DNA of 16,938 nt from an uncultured delta proteobacterium (GCA_963802945.1 CAWDKY010000018.1:1-16938); one strand, 5' to 3'; shown: positions 7,965-15,836, counted from the stretch's first letter. Translations and numbers: made by a program. Notes: generated by a model from the sequence alone, not told the origin.

Positions 7965-8777
7965 TTGTTGGCTGAGGAATCGATCCTGAAGATTAACAGC
8001 ATTGAAGTTAAGTACCATGAGGTTATTCTGGTCCTCAAGGGGGTTTCCATAGAAGTGCCTAGGGGGGGGATTGTGGCCCTCCTGGGAGCCAACGGGGCGG
8101 GGAAAAGCACCACGCTGAAGGCCATCTCCGGTCTGCTCAAACATGAGGACGGAAAGGTATCGGATGGAAGTATCGTCTTCATGGGAGAACGGATCGACAA
8201 GAAAAACGCCGAGGAAATCGCCAAATCAGGGATCGTTCAGGTGATTGAAGGCCGTCGTGTCTTTGAACATCTGACGGTGGAACAAAATCTCATCGTCGGG
8301 GCTCACTTGCGGCGGGATCGGCGGGCCGTAAAAGACGGATTAGAAATGGTCTATCATTTTTTCCCTCGTTTAAAAGAAAAACGGTATGAAACTGCGGGTT
8401 TTATCAGCGGGGGAGAACAGCAAATGACTGTGGTGGGCCGGGCCTTGATGGCCAATCCGAAGCTGATGCTTTTGGATGAACCTTCCATGGGACTGGCCCC
8501 CATGTTGATCAAAGAGATCTTCAATATCATCACCCGACTTCATGAGGAATCCAAAATCTCCATCCTTCTGGTGGAACAAAATGCCAAACTGGCCTTAAGC
8601 ATCGCCCCTTATGCCTTTGTTATGGAAAACGGGCGGATCGTTATGGACGACACAGCCGAAAAGCTATTGGAAAATCCGGACATCAAAGACTTCTATCTGG
8701 GTTTGACCGATCTGGGAACCCGAAAGAGCTTCCGAGAAGTTAAACATTATAAACGTCGCAAACGGTGGTTAACCTAA
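7965..8777 (+). CDS. livF: ABC transporter ATP-binding protein, LivF family
   Basis: Walker A GANGAGKST, EGRRVF, ISGGEQQM, LLDEPSMGLAP, LLVEQN; basic tail RKSFREVKHYKRRKRWL. TTG start (7965 or 7968) after AGAGGT. Symbol is family-level only. Confidence 0.92.
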   Translation: MLAEESILKINSIEVKYHEVILVLKGVSIEVPRGGIVALLGANGAGKSTTLKAISGLLKHEDGKVSDGSIVFMGERIDKKNAEEIAKSGIVQVIEGRRVFEHLTVEQNLIVGAHLRRDRRAVKDGLEMVYHFFPRLKEKRYETAGFISGGEQQMTVVGRALMANPKLMLLDEPSMGLAPMLIKEIFNIITRLHEESKISILLVEQNAKLALSIAPYAFVMENGRIVMDDTAEKLLENPDIKDFYLGLTDLGTRKSFREVKHYKRRKRWLT

Positions 8778-8788
8778 GGGAGGGTATT

Positions 8789-9340
8789 ATGAAAAAAAAT
8801 ATACTTGTCTTGACCTTATGGATTGGGATTTTAAGCCTGTTCGCCTGGCCTGGGCTGGCTGCCGAAAAAACTCCGGTGATCAAGCTGGAACGGGTTGAAG
8901 TGGCCGGCTATTGGTCTTTTTACCTGGATACGCAGGAACGTAGGGGCTCGCCGCTGATTTTAGCCTTTATTTATTCTATTAAAAATCCAAGTGCGGTTAA
9001 ATGGATGCTGGATGAGATGAAATTTTCTATTTCTTTTGAGGATGCCGAAATCAATAGTGTTACTGTTTATGAAAATAATACTATCCCTCCCAGAACCACC
9101 GACTTTTTTAGAATTATGGGATCCTTTGATGCCTTTGTCGTCAGCGGCAATCCCAATGTTCGCGACAGTAAGGCTCGTATTGAAAAGAACATCTCTCCTG
9201 CGGACCTGGTTAAAAAATGGTGGGAGGGCATTGGGGATTTTAATTTTCCCATCACAGTCAATGGGACCGCCACCTTTATAGGCCCCAACAAGAAATCCAT
9301 TATCGTTCCTTTTGAGGAGACCTTTCCGCCGAAGAAGTAA
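8789..9340 (+). CDS. Secreted hypothetical protein, probable LEA-2/WHy beta-sandwich fold
   Basis: ATG 8789 behind GGGAGG; signal peptide MKKNILVLTLWIGILSLFAWPGLA-A; pattern P-VIKLERVEV...LILAFIYSIKNP...LDEMKFSISF...IPP matches the strand/NP/IP layout of LEA-2 domains (by eye). Confidence 0.65.
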   Translation: MKKNILVLTLWIGILSLFAWPGLAAEKTPVIKLERVEVAGYWSFYLDTQERRGSPLILAFIYSIKNPSAVKWMLDEMKFSISFEDAEINSVTVYENNTIPPRTTDFFRIMGSFDAFVVSGNPNVRDSKARIEKNISPADLVKKWWEGIGDFNFPITVNGTATFIGPNKKSIIVPFEETFPPKK

Positions 9341-9355
9341 CGATGCAATCAAAAG

Positions 9356-9477
9356 AGGTTCAAGGTCCAAGGTTTAAGGTTCAAGGTAAAAAACCAGTAT
9401 AAGGTATAAGATGTCAGGGTTAAGGTTTACGGTTCACGGGTTTTCTTCAACCTTAAACCTTCAGGTACAGAAAACCC
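9356..9477. repeat. Heptamer (AGGTTYA-like) tandem repeats with an inverted copy
   Basis: AGGTTCA AGGTCCA AGGTTTA AGGTTCA AGGTAAA (9356-9390), more units at 9402-9408 and 9416-9443; inverted TTCAACCTTAAACCTT (9446-9461) matches 9369-9384 at 15/16; GGGTTTTCT/AGAAAACCC stem (9438-9477). Confidence 0.8.
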
Positions 9478-9520
9478 CTCCCCCTCGAATCTTTGAATCC
9501 TTATTAAAAAGGGATAAGTC

Positions 9521-10807
9521 ATGATATCTTCAAATGACCGCCGTTCAGGTTTTTTTTCCAGAATGGAAACCGTGAGCGCCAGGGAACGGCAGCAATTTCA
9601 CAACAGGAAATTAAGACAACTTATGGCCTATGCTTATAAAAAGGCACCGGCCGTTAAAAAAAAATTAGACCAGGCTAAACTGAAACCCGGAGATATAAAG
9701 ACCATCAACGACCTGGAGAAACTGCCTATTACCGAAAAGGCCGATCTCGTCGGCTTACAGAAAAAGAATCTCCCCTTCGGCGGTTTTAACGGGGTTCGGC
9801 CGGAAGAACTCGGCCGTATTTTTATTTCTCCTGGGCCTATCTATGAGCCGGGAGAAATGGTCTATGAAGACACCCGTTGGGCCCAGGCATTATACGCCGG
9901 TGGTTTTCGAACTGGGGATCTCTGCCAAATCACATTTAATTTCCATCTGGTCCCTTTCGGTTTTATGTTGGATTCCTCATTAAGGATCTTAGGCTGCCGG
10001 AGTATCCCGGCCGGGGTCGGAAACACGGAACTCCAGGTCCGGATTATGAAGGATCTGAAGGTAACAGGTTTTTTGGGAACCCCCAGCTTTCTCTTTTCTA
10101 TCGTCCAGAAGGCCAAAGAAATGGGCCTTAATCCCCCCAAAGACCTAACCTTGAAAACAGCCTTTGTAGCTGCTGAAATGCTGCCCGAATCCCTTCGAGA
10201 GGGTCTGGAATCCGAACTGCGGGGACTCATGATCCGCCAAAGTTATGGGACGGCCGATATCGGCTGTTTGGGTTTTGAGTGTGCCCAGAAAAGCGGCATG
10301 CATATTCCTGAGGATTGCATCGTCGAGATCGTTGATCCCCGAACCGGAAAACAGTGCGCCCCCGGTGAAACCGGAGAAGTGGTGGGCACTTGTTTTAATA
10401 AGGTTTATCCCTTGATCCGGTTCGGAAGTGGGGACTTGTCCTATATCAGCGAAGAACCTTGTCCCTGCGGCCGGACTTCACCCCGACTGATGAAAATAAT
10501 TGGCCGGGTCGATCAAATGACCAAAGTCAAGGGTATGTTCATCCATCCGGGTTTGGTGGATACCGTGGCCGCCAAATTTGATGAAATAGGCGCTTGCCGG
10601 GTGGTGGTGACACGGGATGGGCATCAGGACCGGATGACCTTTCAAGCCGAACTGGATCATCCTTGTCCTGAGTTGGAGAAATTATCCGGGGCCGTTAAAA
10701 AAGTGATCCAGGAAATCTTGCGAGTCCGTGGCGAGGTCCAGTTTCTTCCCAAAGGCTCTTTGCCCCAAGGGTCGAAGAAGATCGAAGACCAACGGGTTTG
10801 GAAGTAG
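9521..10807 (+). CDS. Phenylacetate--CoA ligase (PaaK)-family protein, divergent P-loop subfamily
   Basis: DLEKLPITEK.DL, IPAGVGNTELQ, FLGTPSF, AAEMLP, SYGTAD, IVEIVDP.TG, PLIRFGSGDL, CPCGRT, GRVDQMTKVKGMFIHP. Confidence 0.88.
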   Translation: MISSNDRRSGFFSRMETVSARERQQFHNRKLRQLMAYAYKKAPAVKKKLDQAKLKPGDIKTINDLEKLPITEKADLVGLQKKNLPFGGFNGVRPEELGRIFISPGPIYEPGEMVYEDTRWAQALYAGGFRTGDLCQITFNFHLVPFGFMLDSSLRILGCRSIPAGVGNTELQVRIMKDLKVTGFLGTPSFLFSIVQKAKEMGLNPPKDLTLKTAFVAAEMLPESLREGLESELRGLMIRQSYGTADIGCLGFECAQKSGMHIPEDCIVEIVDPRTGKQCAPGETGEVVGTCFNKVYPLIRFGSGDLSYISEEPCPCGRTSPRLMKIIGRVDQMTKVKGMFIHPGLVDTVAAKFDEIGACRVVVTRDGHQDRMTFQAELDHPCPELEKLSGAVKKVIQEILRVRGEVQFLPKGSLPQGSKKIEDQRVWK

Positions 10808-10860
10808 ATAGTTCGGGATTGGAAATAAAACCTTCGGAGTCCGGGGGTTGGGGAACTTAT

Positions 10861-10889
10861 GCTTTTTCCTGCAAGAAAAGGCCTTTTTT
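10861..10889 (+). terminator. Possible weak intrinsic terminator ending the transporter operon
   Basis: Stem GCTTTTTC/GAAAAGGC (10861-10868/10875-10882), 6-nt loop, then CTTTTTT. Confidence 0.4.
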
Positions 10890-10894
10890 ATTCC

Positions 10895-10923
10895 TTGACA
10901 ACCTCTATGACCGACAGTACATT
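10895..10923 (+). promoter_or_regulatory. Sigma70-type promoter of rpoH
   Basis: Perfect TTGACA (10895-10900), 17-nt spacer, TACATT (10918-10923). Predicted TSS 10930-10931. Confidence 0.7.
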
Positions 10924-10930
10924 TGAAATA

Positions 10931-11878
10931 ATGGATAGCTCATCGTCTGAAAATACTTGGGATGTTCTCACCGGGGAGAAGGAACCGGAAGCCAAACCCT
11001 CTTCAAAGGGTCAGGTGGTCCCTTATGACCCTCTGCAGCGTTATTTGTACGAGATCAACCGATATTCCCTCCTCACATCGGAAGAAGAAAAGACCCTTCT
11101 GACCCAATATCACCGGGCCCCGGATTCGGATTTGGCTTATAAAATAACGACCTCCAATCTGCGTCTGGTGGTCAAGATCGCCATGGAATTTCAACGGTAT
11201 TGGATGCAGAATTTATTGGACCTGATCCAGGAAGGGAATATTGGACTGATGCAGGCCATAAAAAAATTCGACCCCTTTCGAGGCATTAAATTTTCTTATT
11301 ACGCCTCATTCTGGATCAAGGCCTACATTCTCAAGTTCATTATGGACAACTGGAAGTTGGTTAAAATCGGAACCACCCAGGCCCAGAGAAAGCTTTTCTA
11401 CAATTTAAAAAAAGAAAAAGGACGTTTACTGGCCCAAGGGATCGATCCGGCCCCCAAACTCCTTTCAGAAAAGTTTTCGGTCAGCGAAAAAGAAATCATT
11501 GAGATGGATCAAAGATTGGGAGAATGGGAACTCTCCCTGGATGCTCCGGTTGCCGAGGATTCTTCGGTGGATCATAAATCCATTTTGCCTGCCAAAGAAG
11601 CCTCTCCTGAAAAAACTTTGAGTGAGATGGAATTAAAGACTATTTTCAAAACCAAGCTTCAAAATTTTCAAAAAGGACTGAGTCGGCGGGAAAACATCAT
11701 TTTTGAAAAACGGATCTTATCTGACGAACCCCTGACCTTACAGGACTTAGGAGATCAATTTCATGTTTCCAGAGAAAGGGTCAGACAGTTGGAACAAAAA
11801 CTCTTAAAGAAAGTCAAGGCCTATCTGGAAAAAGAGCTTCCAGATTTAAACGCCGGTTATTTTGATGATGTTTACTGA
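10931..11878 (+). CDS. rpoH: RNA polymerase sigma factor, sigma-32 (RpoH) family
   Basis: Region 1.2 DPLQRYLYEI, region 2 NLRLVVKIA / DLIQEGNIGLMQAIKKFDP.RG..FSYYA.FWI, RpoH-box-like KIGTTQAQRKLFYNL, region 4 TLQDLG..F.VSRERVRQLE. Start moved from 10859 to 10931 because the upstream ATGs lie upstream of or within the terminator/promoter. Confidence 0.9.
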   Translation: MDSSSSENTWDVLTGEKEPEAKPSSKGQVVPYDPLQRYLYEINRYSLLTSEEEKTLLTQYHRAPDSDLAYKITTSNLRLVVKIAMEFQRYWMQNLLDLIQEGNIGLMQAIKKFDPFRGIKFSYYASFWIKAYILKFIMDNWKLVKIGTTQAQRKLFYNLKKEKGRLLAQGIDPAPKLLSEKFSVSEKEIIEMDQRLGEWELSLDAPVAEDSSVDHKSILPAKEASPEKTLSEMELKTIFKTKLQNFQKGLSRRENIIFEKRILSDEPLTLQDLGDQFHVSRERVRQLEQKLLKKVKAYLEKELPDLNAGYFDDVY

Positions 11879-11944
11879 TGTCAAAAACTTAAAATGCGAC
11901 CTCGGGTATCCGACATCCAAGATCAAGGATCAGAAAATTTAACT

Positions 11945-13738
11945 ATGGAAAAAAAATCCCCAATTATCTCCATATTTTTATGGACCCTTATGGTTGTTTT
12001 TATTTTAATCGGCTACGGGTGTCAGGGCCGAGGGTTTCAAAGGCCTTCGGAGGGGCTCGATCCAACAACACCATTGGGTAAACGTCCATTAAAAACCCCT
12101 GACAATGGAACCGAAGCCTATTATCGTCTTATGCTTGGCAGCCTCTATGCTCAAGAAGATAATGATTCCCGTGCTATTGAAGAAATTGAAAAAACATTGG
12201 CCCTGGTGCCCGATTCCCCATTTTTAGAATTTTTTTTAGGGCGTCTTTTTTTCAAGACCTCCAACCAGACCGAGGCCCTCCTGCACACCCAAAAGGCTAT
12301 TGACCTGGATCCGAAATTTCAAGAGGCCTATTCCCTTTTAGCGGAGATTTATATCTCCCAGCAAAAATGGGAAGAGGCCTCCAAAGCCTATCAGACTCTT
12401 TCCGCTCTGAATCCCCAGGACGAAGAGGTCCTCTTTAATTTAGGTATTTTGGATTTACAGACCCAGAAGATCCCTCAGGCCCTGGAATCTTTTCAAAAAT
12501 TGATTAAAATAAATCCAAAATCCGAGAAAGGGCACTTTCTCTTGGCTAAAATTTATCTGGATATGAAAGAGTACGAGCAAGCCAGATTCTATTTTCAGGA
12601 AACGATTAAGATCAGCCCTGATCACATCAATGCCTATATGGGCCTCGGCCAGGTTTATGAACTGACCGATCAACCTAAACAGGCTTTGGCCATCTATCAA
12701 ACCGTCCTTCAAAAAAACCCGAAAAATTTGGATGCTCTGGAGCGGGCCGGAAATCAATGGCTAAAATTGGGAAACTGGGATAAAGGCCATGAGATGTTGG
12801 AATCCTTAAAAATAAATTCCAACCAGGATTTCAATAAACGATTCCAGGTTGGGATTATCTATCTGGAAAACAAGCATCTTGAACAATCGGTTAAAGAGTT
12901 TAGCTCCCTGCTGCAGGAAAAGCCGGATGACCAAAAGATTAAATATTTTTTGGCTATCACCCTGGTTGAACAAAATCAATATAAGCAAGCCCTCGAATTA
13001 CTGACATCCATTTCAAGCCAATCGGAATATTATCCTCAAGCCTTGATCATGCACTCTTATATTCTGGAGAAAGAAAAAAAGTTTGAGGAAGCCATTCAAC
13101 TACTCAGACAGGCATTGATTATCGTCCCCAAAAAGATTGAGATTTACCTGACCCTGGCCGCCCTTTATGAGCAGACAAACAACCTCGCGGAGGGTCAAAA
13201 AGTGCTATTAGAAGGTATTGAGATCGATCCTGATCAAGCCGAGCTCTATTTCCGTCTGGGGGTCCTCCTGGACAAAATAGGGCAGAAGCGAGAAAGCATC
13301 CAGCAATTAAAAACGGCCATAAAAAAAGACCCCTTCCACGTCATGGCCTTGAATTACCTGGGATACACCTATGCCGAGCGAGGGATCCAGTTGGAAGAAG
13401 CGGAAAATTTGATAAGGCGGGCCCTTAAATTTCGTCCCAACGACGGCTATATTCTGGACAGTTTAGGCTGGGTCTATTTTAAAAAAAAGAAATTTGATGA
13501 GGCCCTCATCGAACTTGAAAAGGCCTGGAAACTGGCCCCCAATGACCCGGTCATTGGAGAGCATCTCGGAGATGGCTATGTTAAAAAAAGTCTTTGGGAA
13601 AAGGCCTTGAAGATCTATCGCCATGTCCTGGAGATTCACCCGACGCTTAAAGAAAAAGAAAACATCCTGAAAAAAATCAAAGAGGCCCAGCAAAAGCTGG
13701 AGGAAGAAAAGGGGGTGATGGAAAATCCGACTTTGTAA
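11945..13738 (+). CDS. Tetratricopeptide-repeat envelope protein, probable lipoprotein
   Basis: From ATG 11945: MEKK, hydrophobic stretch, GYGC (imperfect lipobox). Many TPR units. Conserved C-terminal ALNYLGYTYAE..., NDGYILDSLGWVYF, DPVIGEHLGD as in TPR genes preceding lolB. Alternative start at 11894. Confidence 0.88.
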   Translation: MEKKSPIISIFLWTLMVVFILIGYGCQGRGFQRPSEGLDPTTPLGKRPLKTPDNGTEAYYRLMLGSLYAQEDNDSRAIEEIEKTLALVPDSPFLEFFLGRLFFKTSNQTEALLHTQKAIDLDPKFQEAYSLLAEIYISQQKWEEASKAYQTLSALNPQDEEVLFNLGILDLQTQKIPQALESFQKLIKINPKSEKGHFLLAKIYLDMKEYEQARFYFQETIKISPDHINAYMGLGQVYELTDQPKQALAIYQTVLQKNPKNLDALERAGNQWLKLGNWDKGHEMLESLKINSNQDFNKRFQVGIIYLENKHLEQSVKEFSSLLQEKPDDQKIKYFLAITLVEQNQYKQALELLTSISSQSEYYPQALIMHSYILEKEKKFEEAIQLLRQALIIVPKKIEIYLTLAALYEQTNNLAEGQKVLLEGIEIDPDQAELYFRLGVLLDKIGQKRESIQQLKTAIKKDPFHVMALNYLGYTYAERGIQLEEAENLIRRALKFRPNDGYILDSLGWVYFKKKKFDEALIELEKAWKLAPNDPVIGEHLGDGYVKKSLWEKALKIYRHVLEIHPTLKEKENILKKIKEAQQKLEEEKGVMENPTL

Positions 13739-14516
13739 GCTCCTTGTTTTCTTCTTTGGTTTGGTATTGACCCTGCCGATAACGGCTTTTGCCTCTATTC
13801 AGGATTTGCCCCATTCCTACGATGCCGATTCATCGAGAGAAAACGATTCAAGCTTTCAGACACTCATCAATCGGTTGGACCTACTTGATGAACCTGTCTC
13901 ACGAGAAGGAACGGGTGTCATTATAGCTCAAGCGCCCGGAGAAAGATACAGACTCCAATTTCGCCTGATCGCCAGGGGACCGCAGGCCTGCCGCTTGGAA
14001 ATATTCGATCCTTTCGGCCGGCCTATGTTGTATCTTATTTCCTTTCTGGGAGAAACCCACCTGTTTTCGGTCGCCCAAAAAAAAGAAATCCCATTCAACC
14101 CATCCCTTTTCGGGGCTTGGCCCGCCATGGCCCAAATACCCGGGGTTGAACTGTTGAAATTATTTTGGGGCCGTGTCCCTCTCTTGTCCTATGACAGCCA
14201 TCAAATGGACATCAACAAAAATGAGGGGGAAAAGACCGTTAAACTCATATTACTAGGTCCTGTTAGACAAGTGCTTTGGTTAAATCAAGAACCCTTTACG
14301 CTCATTAAATCACAAATCATAGGCCGTTCTCAGGACGAATATGTCGAAATAGTCTTTTCTGATTTTTCCGAAGTAGCCGGAAACCGAACACCGATGCGCT
14401 TTGAAATCAAGGATGGAACAGGGAGAAATGGTCTGACCATACGTTATGAAACTCTGGTCCTGCGGCCGGACATTTCTGATGAAATATTTAAGCTTTCTAA
14501 ACTTTCCGACTTCTAA
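13725..14516 (+). CDS. Exported protein, probable LolA/LolB-like fold (LolB/DUF4292-like); start uncertain (ATC 13725 or TTG 13761)
   Basis: RLEIFDPFGRP motif, beta-rich body, FSDFSEV...PMRFEI tail; follows the TPR gene. The frame is open back to 13719 and encodes a full signal peptide. Confidence 0.6.
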   Translation: MRLCKLLVFFFGLVLTLPITAFASIQDLPHSYDADSSRENDSSFQTLINRLDLLDEPVSREGTGVIIAQAPGERYRLQFRLIARGPQACRLEIFDPFGRPMLYLISFLGETHLFSVAQKKEIPFNPSLFGAWPAMAQIPGVELLKLFWGRVPLLSYDSHQMDINKNEGEKTVKLILLGPVRQVLWLNQEPFTLIKSQIIGRSQDEYVEIVFSDFSEVAGNRTPMRFEIKDGTGRNGLTIRYETLVLRPDISDEIFKLSKLSDF

Positions 14517-14639
14517 TCCACAGGAATCGAAATCATACCTTAGGTTGGTCTTGCTCGGTGGTATCCTGATCTTTTCGACTTCAGGTAACTTATGGACCAT
14601 CATCGGCCATAACCCGATGCCGAAGAAACCTTTTTTTTC

Positions 14640-15836
14640 ATGAAACTCTGGGAAAAAAATCTTTACAGCCTTTGGCTGGCTCAATTGATTACCTCACTCG
14701 GCTTGAGTATGATCATACCCTTTCTCCCCTTTTTCCTGCGCGATCTCGGCGTTTCAGGGGCACAAGCGGTAAAAATCTGGAGCGGGCTCATCTATTCGGC
14801 GCCTTTCATGATCTCCGCCTTCATGCAGCCGGTCTGGGGTATGTTGGGGGACCGGAAAGGCCGAAAACTCATGGTGGTGAGGGCCATGTTCGCTTTGTCT
14901 CTGGCCCACTTTCTCATGGGGTTTGCGCGCAGCGCCCCTCAGTTTTTAATTCTCCGATTTTTTCAGGGAAGTCTTTCCGGGTTCGTTGCCCCGTCTTTAG
15001 CCCTGATGGCCTCTTGCACACCAGAAGAAAAAACCGGTCAGGCCTTGGGCACCCTACAATCCTCGCTGGTTACCGGAATGGTGGGAGGGCCTCTTTTGGG
15101 TGGGGTACTGGCTCATGTTGTGGGCTACCGTCCTCTTTTTTTTGGGACGGCATTTTTTTGTTTTTGCGGGGCGATCATTGTCATCAGCTTTGTAAAGGAA
15201 AATTTTGTACCCCAAGAGAAAAAAGATCGATCCAGTGTGAGTCAGAATCTTCGCTATGTCATTCATACTCCGGAATTGAGGGTCCTGCTGCTTCTATTGC
15301 TTCTGACTCAGTCGTCGACGGTGATTGTTGCTCCCTTTCTCAGCCTTTTTGTGGAATACCTAAAAGTCTCCTCGGCACATGTCGGGCTGGTGACCGGGAT
15401 CGTTTTCGGTGTTACGGGGGTAGTCAATGCGGCCTTTGCACCTTTTTGGGGGAAAAAATCAGATCGAATCGGTCCACGGAAGATTCTTCGCCGTTCGCTA
15501 ATGGGAATAACCCTGATATCTTTTCCTCAAGCTTTTGTGACCAACATTTATCAGTTATTAATCCTCCGTGGCGGTCTGGGCGTCTTCTTTTCCGGAATTA
15601 TCCCGACGATCAACACCATTATCCGGCGTTCGACACCTGGAAATAATCAAGGTGGAATTTTCGGAATCTTTCAAAGCGGCCTGGTGATCGGGAACATGAC
15701 CGGCCCGTTGCTTGGGGGAATATTGGCGGCCTTTCTTGGATTAAGATCGATCTTTTTGATCAGCACGGGCCTTTTTGGCCTGGCTTTGGTTTGGGAAAGA
15801 ATCATAAGCCGAAAGGCTTCGGATCCTTTTCATTAA
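14640..15836 (+). CDS. MFS transporter, DHA1 family (MdtG-like)
   Basis: WEKNLYSLW...IPFLPFFL, WSGL, motif A WGMLGDRKGRK and WGKKSDRIGPR, LRFFQG, GPLLGG in both halves; about 12 hydrophobic segments. Confidence 0.9.
   Translation: MKLWEKNLYSLWLAQLITSLGLSMIIPFLPFFLRDLGVSGAQAVKIWSGLIYSAPFMISAFMQPVWGMLGDRKGRKLMVVRAMFALSLAHFLMGFARSAPQFLILRFFQGSLSGFVAPSLALMASCTPEEKTGQALGTLQSSLVTGMVGGPLLGGVLAHVVGYRPLFFGTAFFCFCGAIIVISFVKENFVPQEKKDRSSVSQNLRYVIHTPELRVLLLLLLLTQSSTVIVAPFLSLFVEYLKVSSAHVGLVTGIVFGVTGVVNAAFAPFWGKKSDRIGPRKILRRSLMGITLISFPQAFVTNIYQLLILRGGLGVFFSGIIPTINTIIRRSTPGNNQGGIFGIFQSGLVIGNMTGPLLGGILAAFLGLRSIFLISTGLFGLALVWERIISRKASDPFH

Noticed and set aside
9356-9461. Repeat tract as CRISPR array or IS end
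   Set aside because: Units are contiguous 7-mers without spacers; no cas or transposase gene and no target-site duplication.
14446-14643. 65-aa ORF with a hydrophobic stretch between the LolB-like and MFS genes
   Set aside because: Starts 70 nt inside the upstream gene without an SD and has no recognisable family; only its last codons are kept as a possible uORF.
14672-15646. 324-aa alternative-frame ORF inside the MFS gene
   Set aside because: Fully nested off-frame reading with non-protein-like composition.
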